Origin: Isurus oxyrinchus
Lineage: Eukaryota
Direction: 5' to 3'
NCBI GenBank assembly: GCA_026770705.1
Contig: JANJGN010000140.1
Span: forward strand, 1,054,001 to 1,118,000
DNA: 64,000 nt
The notes beneath the pieces are model-generated. The model was not told where the DNA came from. It made no database searches and worked only from the letters and a program-made list of their open reading frames with translations. This document shows, piece after piece, positions 50,590 to 62,168 of this stretch (its first letter is position 1; the number at the start of each line of letters is the position of its first letter). Position numbers and translations under genes: made by a program.

Positions 50590-53500
50590 TTCGCCCTGCT
50601 CTCCCCGCTATAGCCCGACTCTGCACTTTTGCCGCCTCTCTGCCCGCTGCAACCTCGCCTTCTGCCCTGTCCCCAGCCTCTCTGCCCTTCCCCCTGCCTC
50701 TCAGCCCTTTCCCACATGCCTGTATGCCCTTTGCCCCCGCTTCTCTGCCCTTTACCCCTCCTGCCTCTCTGCCCTTTCTCCCTCAGATCTCTGCACTTAA
50801 TCCAAGATTCCCTGCCCTTTCGCCCGCCTCGCTGCCCTTTCCACCTCCCGCCTCTCTGCCTTTTCTCCCTCCCGCCTCTCTGTCCTTTCTCCCCCAGCTC
50901 TCTGCATTTACACCATGGTTCTCTGTGTTTTCGCCTGGCTCTGACATTTTCCCCAGTTTGCTGACCTTTCCGTCACCTCACTGCCCTTCATCCTCCGCCT
51001 GTCTGCCCTGTTGCCCTCCTGCCTCTCTGCCCTTTCCCCCCTCCGCCTCTCTGCCCTTTCTCCCCCAGCTCTCTGCACTTAGTTCAAGATTGTCTGCACT
51101 TTCGCCCGGCTCTCTGACCTTTCCCCCATCTCTCTGCCCTTTCCCCCTCCTCTCTACCCTTTCTCCACCTCCTCTCTGACATTTCACCCCTCCCCTCTGC
51201 CCATTCCCCCCTTCCCTCTGCCCTTCCAACCCCCCAATTCTCTGCCCTTTCCACCTCCCGCCTCTCTGCCCTTTCTCCCCTGCCTCTCTGCCCTTTACCC
51301 CTCCCGCCTCTCTGTCCTTTCTCCCCTGCCTCTCTGCATTTACTCCAGTGTTCTCTGTGTTTTTGCCTGGCTCTCTGACCTTTTCCCCGGCTCGCTGACC
51401 TTTCCATCACCTCACTGTCCTTCATTCCCTGCTTGTGTGTCCTGTCACCCTCCTGCCTCTCTGCCCTTTCTCCCCCAGCTCTCTGCACTTAGCCCAAGGC
51501 CCTCTGCACTTTTGCCTGACCCTTTGACCTTTCCCCCGGCTCGCTGACCTTTCGCCCATCTCTCTGCCTTTTCCATTGTCTCTCTGCCCTTCCTGCACCC
51601 CTCACTTCTCTGCCCTTCATTCCAACCCACTTCTCTGCCCTGTCCCCCTCCTGTCTCTCTGCCCTTTCCGCCTCTCTGCCCTTTCCCCCCCGCCTCTCGG
51701 CCCTTTCTCCCTCCCACCTCCCTGCCCTTTCCCCCTCCCGCCTCCCTGCCCTTTCCCCACTGCCTCCCTGCCCTTTCCCCCTCCCGCCTCTCTGCCCTTT
51801 CCCTACTGCCTCCCTGCCCTTTTCCCCCACCTGCCTCTCTGCTCTTTCCACTTCCTGCCTCTCTGTCCTTTCCCCCTCCTGCCTCTCTGCCCTATCCCCC
51901 CTCCCGCCTCACTGCCCTTTCTCCCCCGGCTATCTGCATTTACTCCACGGCTCTCTACGCTTTCAGCCGGCTCTCTGACTTTTTCCCCAGTTCGTTAACC
52001 TTTCTGTCAACTCTCTGCCCTTTCCGACTCCCACCTCTCTGCCCTTGCCCACTCCCGCCTCTCTGCCCTTGCCCCCGTCTCTGCCCTTTCCCCCCTCTGC
52101 CTCTCTGTCCTTTCCCCCTCCCTCCTCTCTGTCCTTCCCCCCATCTCTGCCCTTTCCCCCCTCCGTCTCTCTGCCCTTTCCCCATCCCGCCTCTCTGTCC
52201 TTTCTCCCCCGGCTCTCTGCATTACTCCACGGCTCTCTGCGCTTTCATCCGGCTCTTTGACATTTTCCCCAGTTCATTAACCTTTCTGTTGCCTCTCTGC
52301 CCTTTCCCCCTCCCGCCTCTCTGCCCTTTCCCCCTCCTGTCTCTCTGCCCTTTCCCCCTCCTGTCTCTCTGCCCTTTCCCCCTCCTGCCTCTCTGCCCTT
52401 TTCCCCTCCCGCCTCTCTGCCCTTTTCCTCTCCCGCCTCTCTGCCCTTTTCCTCTCCCACCTCTCTGCCCTCTCCCCCTCCTGCCTCTCTGCCCTTTCCC
52501 TCTCCCGCCTCTCTGCCCTTTCCCTCTCCTGCCTCTCTGCCCTTTACCTCTCCCGCCTCTCTTCCCTTTCCCCCTCCCTCCTCTCTGTCCTTCCCCCCCT
52601 CTCTGCCCTTTCCCTCTCCCGCCTCTCTGCCCTTTCTCCCTCCCGCCTCTCTGCCCTCTCCCCCTCCCGCCTCTCTGCCCTCTCCCCCTCCCGCCTCTCT
52701 GCCCTCTCCCCCTCCCGCCTCTCTGCCCTTTGCCCCTCCTGCCTCTCTGCCCTTTCCCTCTCCCACCTCTCTGCCCTTTCCCTCTCCCACCTCTCTGCCC
52801 TTTCCCCCTCCTGCCTCTCTGCCCTTTCCCTCTCCCGCCTCTCTGCCCTTTCCCCCTCCCGCCTCTATGCCCTTTCCCCCTCCCGCCTCTATTGTCCTTT
52901 CTCCCTCCTGCCTCTCAACCCTTTCCACCTCCCACCTCTCTGTCCCTTCCCCCTGCCCCATCTCTGCCCTTTACCCCCCCGCCTCTTTGCCCTTTCCCCC
53001 CTCCACCTCTCTGCCCTTTCTCCCCCGGCTCTCTCCATTTACTCCACAGCTCTCTGCGCTTTTGTCTGGCTCTCTGACTTTTTCCCCAGTTCATTAACCT
53101 TTCTGTTGCCTCTCTGCCTTTTCCTCCTTCCGCCTCTCTGCCCTTTCCCCCTCCCGCCTCTCTGCCCTTTCCACCTCCCGCCTCTCTGCCCTTTCCACCT
53201 CCCGCCTCTCTGCCCTTTCCCCCTCCTGCCTTTCTGCCCTTTCCACCTCCCGCCTCTCTGCCCTTTCCCCCTCCTGCCTTTCTGCCCTTTCCACGTCCCG
53301 CCTCTCTGCCCTTTCCACGTCCCGCCTCTCTGCCCTTTCCACGTCCCGCCTCTCTGCCCTTTGCCCGCCTCCTCTCTACGCTTTCCCCCTCCCACCTCTC
53401 TGTCCTTTCTCCCCCAGCTCTCTGCATTTACTCCACGACTCTGTGCTTTTGTCCGGCTTTTTCCCTTGTTCATTAACCATTTTGTCCCCTCACTGCCCTT

Positions 53501-53990
53501 TCCCTCTCCCGCCTCTCTGCCCTTTCCCCCTCCTGCCTCTCTGCTCTTTCCCCCTCCGCTGCTCTGCCCTTCCCCCCTCCGCCTCTCTGCCCTTTCCCCC
53601 CTCTCGTCTCTCTGCCCTTGCCCACTCCCCACTCTCTGCCCTTGCCCACTCCCCCCTCTCTGCCCTTGCCCATACCCCCACTCTGACCTTGCCCCCTCTC
53701 CTCTCTCTGCCCTTTCCCCCTCCCGCCTCTCTGCCCTTTCCCATCTCTGCCACCCTGCCCTTTCCCCCTCCCGCCTCTCTACCCCTTCTCCCATAGCTCT
53801 CTGCACTTATTCCACGGGTGCCTGCCCTTCCCCCGGCTCTTCCCATTCCTTTGCCTCATCTATATGCACTTTCCACTGGATCGCTACCCTTTCCCCCAAC
53901 TCTCTTTCCTTCCCCCCACCTGCCTGCCCTTTCCCCCAGGCTCTCTGCGCTTTAGCCCCGCCTCTCTGCATTTTCCACCGACGCTCGATG
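50590..53990 (-). repeat. 24-bp purine-rich tandem array (GGGAGGGGGAAAGGGCAGAGAGGC)n with interspersed ~70-90 bp spacer modules, in the J-Cmu intron
   Basis: Plus-strand unit gcctctctgccctttccccctccc; most homogeneous at ~52290-52900; source of the spurious PLCPFPLP / GGKGREA ORFs. Confidence 0.95.
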
Positions 53991-54104
53991 CTCCCTTGGG
54001 CCATGCTCCACTTTCTGGAATTGCTAGGCCTCAGTCCTCACTTCCAGGTCTCTCTTCCCCGCAGTTCTCGCCTTCCCATACACCAATTTAGGAAAAGTGA
54101 TCAT

Positions 54105-54572
54105 GTGAGTGAGCATGTGCCTGATTGACAGGGTGAGAATGACTGAATGACAGAGCGAGGGTGCGTGGGTGAATGAAGGAATGAGTGAGGGTTGGTGGTG
54201 AGTGAGCGTGGGTGGGTTTCTGAATGTGGGTGAGTGAGGGTTGGTGGTTATGTGAGGGTGGGGATATGAGTGAGGGTGAGTGGGTGTGTGAGGGTGGGTG
54301 GATGAGTTATTGAGTGTAAGTGAATGTAGGTGAGCGAGGATGGGTGGGTGAGTGAGTTTGAGTGAGGATAATTGAGGGTGGATCAATAAGGGTGGGTGAC
54401 TGAGGGTGGGTGAATGAGTGTGAATGAGGCTGGGTGAGTGAGTGTGGGTGAGTGAGTGCGGGTGAATGAGCAATTGATGGTGAGTGAATGAGGATGAATG
54501 AAGTTGGGTGAGTGAGCGAGGGTGAGTGAGTGAGGGTGAGTGAGTGAGGGTGAGTTATTGTGGGTAGTGAGG
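54105..54572 (+). repeat. Degenerate (GTGA/GGGT)n low-complexity repeat
   Basis: Runs of gagtgagggtgagtgagtgagggtg. Confidence 0.85.
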
Positions 54573-55204
54573 GTGCGCAGGTGCTGCAGGCTCATCAAGG
54601 CGATGTTTCTCCGGATGATTTTCCACTTTGGCTCAGCTTTCCGTTGCCTGTTGCCCACAGCTGAGCTGGGGGCTCCGCCATTCAGCTCCACCACCTACAC
54701 CTCCTCCTCTTCCTCCCCAAAGATCCTGTCCTGATTCTCCATCTTTCCGTAACACTGGCTGTGTAAAGTCAGGCAGCAGTGTAGATCACTGGCCAGCTGC
54801 TTTAATGCCGATGCCTTTCTTTGAGAAAGCCGTGTCAGTGCGTGAATAGGCAGACTGAGGGGGCTGGAGGGGAAGGTTACAGCAAAACCAGAAAGGGCCG
54901 TGCAGGCATCTTGCACCAAGTGTGCACCAGTGTTGGGGATCCAGGCGGCCGTGGTCTCTGCCACACCCTCCCTTTCTCTTGTTTCTTTGCGTTTGGTTCC
55001 ACACTTGGAAATTCTCCACATATATAGTGATGTCACTTGTGTAATTTCATTTTACACAAAAATACATCAGAAATGGAACAATGAACATGCCTGCAGCTTA
55101 GCCGATTTTTATTCTGCAATGAATCTTTTCAGCCCACATCTGTGTGTGAGAATGTGTGTATGTGTGCGTGAGAGAGAGTGTACATGCAATTGAGTGTGTA
55201 TTTA

Positions 55205-55563
55205 TATAGAAACATAGAAACTAGGAGCAGGAGTAGGCCATTCAGGCCTTCGAGTTGCTCAGCCATTCACTATGATCATGGCTGATCATCCAACTCTATA
55301 ACCTGCTCCCGCTTTCTCCCCATACCCTTTGATCCCTTTTGCCCCAAGTTCTTTATCTAACTCACTCTTGAAAACATACAATGTTTTGGTCTCAACTACT
55401 TTCTGTGGTAAGGAATTCCACAGGCTCACCACTGTCTGGGTGAAGAAATTTCTCCTCATCTCAGTCCTAAATGGTCTACCCCATATCCTCAGACTGTGAA
55501 CTCTGGTTCTGGACTCCCCCACCATCGGCAACATCCTTCCTGCATCTACCTGTCTAGTCCTGT
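55205..55563 (-). mobile_element. CR1 3' fragment, cut by the gap
   Basis: GESRTRVHSLRI.GRPFRTEMRRNFFTQ.VVSLWNSLP; (TTTCTATG) tail. Confidence 0.9.
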
Positions 55564-55774
55564 NNNNNNNNNNNNNNNNNNNNNNNNNNNNNNNNNNNNN
55601 NNNNNNNNNNNNNNNNNNNNNNNNNNNNNNNNNNNNNNNNNNNNNNNNNNNNNNNNNNNNNNNNNNNNNNNNNNNNNNNNNNNNNNNNNNNNNNNNNNNN
55701 NNNNNNNNNNNNNNNNNNNNNNNNNNNNNNNNNNNNNNNNNNNNNNNNNNNNNNNNNNNNNNNNNNNNNNNNNN
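55564..55774. other. Assembly gap inside the J-C intron
   Basis: Run of N; true intron length is therefore uncertain. Confidence 1.
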
Positions 55775-56750
55775 TGTATGTATGTGTGTGTCATAGGGAG
55801 TATACTTGTAAGAATATCTGAGATAGAGAAAGTGTGTGTCTGTGGGAGAGAGAGTATGTGTGTATAAGAGAGAGCGACTGTGTGTGTGTGTGAGAGAGAG
55901 AACGACTGTGTGTGTGAGAGTGAGAGACAGAGGGAGAGGAAGTATATGTGTACGGGTGTGAGTGAAAGGTAGTATAAGTGTGTGAGAGAGAGTGTGTGAG
56001 AGAGAGAGTACATGTGTGTGTGGGAGAGAGTGTGTGTGAGAGAGAGAACGTGAGAGTGTGTGAGAGAGAGAAAGAGTGTGTGAAAGAGTGAGCCACGGTG
56101 TGTATCAGAGGGAGAGAGAAAGAGAGAATGAGAGAGAGTGCATGTGTGAGAGAAACAGAGTGTGTATGTTTGAGATGGAATGTGTTTGTGTTTGTGTGTG
56201 TGCGTGAGAGAGAATGAGGATGCTCATGTGAGAGAGTGTATGATGTGTCTGTATGTGTGTGAGAGAGAGAATGGAGAGCGTGTGTGTGCATAGGTGAGAG
56301 TGTGTCTGTGTGTGGGAGAGAGGGTACATGTATGTGAGAGAGAGAGTGGGTATGCATGTGTGAGAGAGAGAATGTGTGTAGGAGAGTGCATGTATGAGAA
56401 AGAGTGAGTGCATGTGTGTGTGAGAGAGTAAGTGGGCACATGTGTAAGACAGTGTGTAGTTGCGAATGTATGTGTATGAGAGAATGTGAGTGCCTGTTTG
56501 ATAGTGTGAGTAGAAGAGAGGAAATGCGTGAGAGACAGTGTGTGCATGTTAAAGAGAGTTTGTGTGTGAAAGAAAGAATATTTGTGTGCGTGTGTGTGTG
56601 TGTGTGGTGCATGTGTGTGATAGAGGGAGAAATAGAGAGTGTGTGTCTGTCAGAGAGAGTGCATGTGAGAGAGAGTGCACGTGTGTGAGAGAAAGCGTGT
56701 GTGACAGTGAGAGTGAGCGAGTGAGGTGTGTGGTAAAGAGACTGTGTGTG
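55775..56750 (+). repeat. Degenerate (TG)n/(GA)n microsatellite
   Basis: Mixed tgtgtg/gagaga runs next to an assembly gap. Confidence 0.9.
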
Positions 56751-57489
56751 TCGAGGTAGATCAGCCATGATCTGAATGAACGCAGGGAAGGATCAAAAGG
56801 CTGAATGTCCTCCTCATGCTCTCATTTCTGTCATTCATTCCTCCCCCTGCAGGCGGCAATCCAATGCCTCAGTTTTTGATGGCAGCTCCATTTCCCCAAA
56901 TCCCTCGTGGCTGACTATTTGGAGCAGGAGGCTGGTCATTGTCCATTTCAATCATTTAAAAAGCTTGCAGCCTCTGATCAGATCAGAACAGGCGCTGCTC
57001 TCTGGAGCCTCACTGTCACTCCCTGATTCTGTTTGTTCTGAAATTGTGTTCAAGTTCAGCTCACTCACATTCAATGATTTTCTGATACTCAAAATGTGAA
57101 ACATAATTAATTCATTAAAATATATGCATGTTCTCTTCAAAAATATTGCTAAAACAATTAATGTGCGTAATTTCACCCGAGCAATGGAACAATTTATTTT
57201 CACAGATCTGGCTGGAGGACTCACAGCTAGTTAGTTCGATGCTGATCTCTGCTGGGAGAAGGCTCTCAGGTCAGGGACAGGACAAGTTAAGATATGAGTT
57301 AAAGCCCCCACTCCACCCCAGTACAATCCTGCCATCAGCTGCAAGGGTGGAATTCAACAGAAAGCCATCTCTCCACTAAACTGGCAAACACTCCGGGTCA
57401 GGTACAGCACTGGTTTGATATAAAACTCCCTCTACATTGTCCCATCAAATATGCCCAGGAGAAGGTTCAATCCACTTTTAATATAAATG

Positions 57490-58072
57490 CTGCAGCTGCA
57501 AAAGTCGGTCAGAGGCTGGGAATTCTGTGGTGAGTAATTCAACTCCTATCACCCAAAGACAACTCACCATCTCCAAGGCACATTGCCTCAGTGAGTGAAA
57601 CATCAAAAAACCCCAAGAAACTCGATATTATCCAGGACAAAGCAGCCTACAGAATTGGCACCCCATCCGCTACCTAAAACATTCACTCCCTCCTCCACTG
57701 ACGCACAGTGACAGCAGTATGTACCATATACAGGATGGACTGTAGCAACTCGCCAAGACTCCTTCGATAGCACCTTCAAAACCCACAACCTCTCCTAACT
57801 AGAAGGACAAGGGCAGCAGGTGCTGGGAAACACCACCCTCTGTACGTCCCCCTCCAAAGCACCCACGATCCTGACTTGGAATTATATCGTCGTTCCTTCA
57901 CTGTCAATGGGTCAAAATCCCGGAACTCCCTACTGATCAGCACTGAGTACACAGGGAATTATTGTTATTCTAGGAAGCGGCATATCAACAGTTCCGCAAG
58001 GGGTAATTAGGGATGGGCAACAAATGCTGGCCTTGCCAGCGTCCCCAACATCCTATGACAGGATTAAAAATA
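57490..58072 (+). mobile_element. CR1-clade LINE 3' fragment (SINE partner family)
   Basis: Homologous to 15955-16576; tail AATTAGGGATGGGCAACAAATGCTGGCCTTGCCAGCG. Confidence 0.85.
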
Positions 58073-58499
58073 AGATACAGGCTAATTTCTTCATCCACAC
58101 TGTCCAACCAAATAGGTCAAGGACTGCTACAGCACTGATTAAAATAGAATAAAGCTCTCTCTGCATTGCCTAACCAAACACTCCAAAGACAGCTACATCA
58201 CTGGTTTAAAATCGACCAAACCTCCTTCGACAGTCTGTCTGTCATTTCTGAATTGTCCTTTCTGACTGTTACAATGGATTGGGTATCTCATTTCTGAGGG
58301 GCCTGGTCAGAAAATCAAACCTTCACATTTCTCACAGATACAATTTTTTGAATAAATAAATGAAATTGCACTTCCTGAAATACAGGAGAGCGAACCAGAA
58401 GGTTAACAACCAGTCAAGAAGATTTCTGGTCCCAGCACAGTGACCACACGCACAGAAACAGAACAGACACAAATGGTGCAACAAGCGAGTTCCCAGCAG

Positions 58500-60500
58500 A
58501 TAGATCTGTTCAATCTGTCTATTTCATTCAAGCTGTTTGATTCTAATTAATCAATGGTCAATTTACTCCAATTATTCCATAACTTCTTTGAAATTAATCT
58601 GATTTTCATTTCAAAACTCCCTTTGAAGTCCAACTAATTCTCCCTGTCAATCTCCAATCTCCAAACAATGTAAGATTTAAGTTACCCTGAAAGTGAGCAC
58701 AGCAAATATTACAGATTCAGGGTAATTTGGTGTCCGTAACAGAGAATCAATGACAGGGTAAGAATTAAACAAATCAGAAAACATTCACATTGAAACCAAC
58801 TACCTGCTGATTTGATTTGATTTTAGGGATAAATATAACCAATAAAATCATCGAGATGAAACACCTTATCGATCAGAGCACAGCTGAATAAGAAAAATAT
58901 TCTTTTCTAAATTCATTTTGGATAAAATTAAAAATTCTCTCCACTAAGAATTTGCATTCACAATAATGAACAGTATACTATTTAATTGTTGGAGTTCATT
59001 TATGTTGAATTAATTATCACTAATATTATATTGTAAGTTAATTATTTTGTTATTGTCAATTTATTTCCTTGTTAATTGATTTCTATTCTACAATATGAAA
59101 AATATGGTTTTCAAAAATTGAAAATTTGTTTCTCCCTGGTACTTTGTGAAGTAATTGGGGTTTATTTAAATCAACTTGACACTGAAACAATGTTAAACAA
59201 TAAACTTCAAATTACGAGATGGTAACCTTCAGGCAAGAATATCAATTTTACTTAAATTTAATCACTATTTACTATTTTACTTTTACTTCCACTGCTCTGT
59301 TTTAACAGACAAAATTGTAAACTATGCGTGTTTCTGAACGCATTGAGAAATCATAAATTCCATCTATTCTCATCGAGTAATTCACAAGACGAATTTATGA
59401 GTGGAATATTTTAAATACTTTCAAATCTGGCCGAGGTAACATCACATCAAGTGTCTACGAACTGTAACATCATTTGTTTGCTAAAGCAAACTTGTCTTAA
59501 CTCAAAACTACATGTAAAAAAATGTTCCTCGCAGTTACTTATTATCAATAAAAGTGCTTCCTTGATAAAATCACTATAATTTAATTGTTAAATATATTGT
59601 TCATTGAAAGACGATCCAAATTAATCAGTATACAATTTGATGAGAAAAAAAATTATTCAGATCACCTGCGCCACTGAAATATAACCAGCAAAACGATTAG
59701 AGATTTTGCTCTTCAATTTAATAGTTAATAAGTATTAAGCATGAATTTCAGATATAATCTGTTCTTCTCCTATAATTCTATCCTGTGCACAGTACAGCAA
59801 TGGGAGACAGAATGTTGTTATTAAAATCAAAACTAACATTAATGTTTGCAATTAAATTAATCTGTTCGAATTTCAAGCGTTTCCTTGTCAATCTCTATTC
59901 ATACGCAGTTTGCACCTTCCTGCAGTTCAAAAAAAAATAAGAACAATTCCTTGACTGCCAGCGATTTCCACCCCCCAGAAAACTGTTTACGATTAGATTA
60001 GTGACAATTATCTCGCTATCCAAATCCCAATGACATTGAAGGAATAATATGGTTACGGCTGCACAGAAAGAATGTAATAACCGGATAGACACATTGCCAA
60101 CACTCCAATGTCAAACTCGTTTTTAAATCAATGCAAACGTTATCAGGGATTTAAAGAATTCAAAATCTCTTGTGGAAATGAACAATTCTGTAGAATCAGT
60201 ATACTCTCTTTGAAATGTTTTCATACATAATCACAAAATGATTCCACCCTAAAAATTTTCCCGATCAAGTTAATTGTGCGCAGAGCTCAGCAGAATGTGA
60301 AAGGTGATTAATGATCAATTAGGTTAATATGAAAGCTGTTCAGTCAATATGGAGAAATATTACCACATTATAATTGCTTGAATTATATTAATTTTACTCT
60401 ACACTTTGAAAACTTGTTAATTATATAGTTTCTGATTGCAGTAACGAATTATGTTCTGATTGAGCATCTTAATCCATGGTTTAGTTTAATCTGAAGTTAT
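58500..60500. promoter_or_regulatory. AT-rich J-proximal intron block; candidate intronic enhancer / matrix attachment region
   Basis: Perfect octamer ATTTGCAT 58950-58957, E-boxes CAGCTG 58881 and CACCTG 59663; strongly AT-rich; no recognisable transposon. Confidence 0.35.
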
Positions 60501-61382
60501 GACTTAAAATAAAAACAAAATGCTCTAACATCTTTAAACACTTTTCCCCCATTTCTGAATTCTGCCCGTTTTCTGCTGACAATGGCGCTTCAAGCAGAAA
60601 CAAACGCGTAGACTGTTTCCTTTCAATCACAAAACGTGTAACCGCTCAATATCACCGAGTTTAAACAAAGCAGAAACCATGCAGAACCGCCAAACTGTTC
60701 CACAAATTCTACTTGTTCAAAGTCACCCAGACACACAATCTCATCAGGAGAAAAACACCAAATCACATCACTGAGGGACTGAAACCCGTTTCATGGAGAA
60801 GCAGCTCAATTCCACAAACTATTCCAACAGAATCCAATGTAACATTGCAAGAAAATCTCAATATCAAAACCAGACAACCCGCTCGTCGCCAAATTAATGA
60901 ATAATTAAACTAAAGAGAAATATGGAATAATGTCAACAGCATTGTGAGTAGGCGGAACATGTTCAATAAATTAACATTGAAACTTAAGCATATGTTGTTG
61001 ATATTGGGTTTGATTTCAAACATATTTAAACCTTTGTGCAACAGATGGTAAAACCCGCAGCCATTATATGTCACCGAGATTAAACATTGCAGGAACGTCA
61101 AACTGTTTTCACAAATGTTAAATACTTCCCGTAACCCGGCCACATAGTATCTTCAGCAGATAAACACCAAATCACCACAACCAGGGATTGAATCCCTTTT
61201 TGTTGAGACACAGCGGAATTATATAACTCAATTTCAGCAGAATCACATGAAACATTGTAAAATATCTCCATACAGAATCCAGCAAACCCAAGTTTCAGTA
61301 AACCAATCAGTTATTAAAATAGACAAAAATATAAAGCAAAGACTCAAATAAAGCAGTTACTAAATAAGTGCATGGTTCTTAC

Positions 61383-61430
61383 CTGCAGTCACCGTCACCA
61401 TGGTCCCTTGTCCCCAGTAGTCAATAGCGA
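61383..61430 (-). CDS. IGHJ: JH segment (AIDYWGQGTMVTVTA)
   Basis: WGQGT motif, 48 nt, phase-1 donor GTAAGA at 61382. Confidence 0.97.
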
Positions 61431-61469
61431 CACAGTGTTACATTCCCTGGGCTGTGCCATACAATAACT
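61431..61469 (+). promoter_or_regulatory. JH RSS, 23-bp spacer
   Basis: CACAGTG (61431-61437), spacer 61438-61460 = 23 bp, ACAATAACT. Confidence 0.93.
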
Positions 61470-61797
61470 GTCCCTGCACGAAAAAGACAGAAATCCACCA
61501 TTATTTTAAATATTCATAAGTCAGGGGCAAAGTAAGTTCACGATAAATCTTCACGAAATTATATTTGCGTTGTAGTTATCTTTAGGTATTCATCAATGAT
61601 CCTCATGTTTTACATTTCACAAAGTAACATATGAACATGTTCTTGTAATCAGCAACCGATTAATGTATAATTATCACAGCTTTTCCATCTTAAACCATGT
61701 TTTTTGGGCAGCGCTGGACATAACTAATACTTCACTGTAAATATAGTTGGATTGTAAAAGCGAGCACTGACCCAGGCAGACTCAATTAATGCTGAAG

Positions 61798-61825
61798 GGT
61801 TTTTGTATTGACAGTAACTGCTGTG
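61798..61825 (-). promoter_or_regulatory. DH2 3' RSS, 12-bp spacer
   Basis: CACAGCA, 12-bp spacer (61818-61807), consensus ACAAAAACC. Confidence 0.92.
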
Positions 61826-61838
61826 CCATCCCAGTTAT
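61826..61838 (-). CDS. DH2 diversity segment ATAACTGGGATGG (frames ITGM / stop / NWD)
   Basis: 13 bp between CACAGTG (61839-61845, plus) and CACAGCA (61825-61819, minus). Confidence 0.92.
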
Positions 61839-61866
61839 CACAGTGAGACACACCATGTCAAATACT
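61839..61866 (+). promoter_or_regulatory. DH2 5' RSS, 12-bp spacer (weak nonamer)
   Basis: CACAGTG, 12 bp AGACACACCATG, TCAAATACT. Confidence 0.85.
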
Positions 61867-62168
61867 GCGGCAGACTGTTCACTGAAAATACAAAGATTTA
61901 ATTTCACTGCGCTCACAAAAACCTGATTCCAACTCACTTAAGAGCGAATCGGTGAGATATTTCAGGCTGTGCTGGTGAATATATTTATAAATGCAATTGG
62001 AATACTTTTAAAGACTCTGTGCAGATTTAGAGTGTCCGTCAACACGAATAAAGCGGAAGACTTTTATACCTTTTTGCAAACCTCTACCCATTATTTGACT
62101 TAACTCTCATTTTCTTTGACGTTCCTGCTGTGATATTGATCACCAATTTGAACAAACTCTTTCTCTGA

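Noticed and set aside
50337-54128. Long ORFs rich in PLCPFPLP or GGKGREA (up to 340 aa)
   Set aside because: They arise from a 24-bp stop-free satellite that is open in several frames on both strands; no domain content
55791-56768. 325-aa His/Thr/Ser/Leu ORF, and similar ORFs at 43.2-44.0 kb
   Set aside because: Translations of (TG)/(GA) microsatellites
58436-58475. CACAGTG in the J-C intron as the RSS of an extra J or D
   Set aside because: No acceptable nonamer at 12 or 23 bp (ACAGAAACA is at 9 bp) and no WGxG next to it
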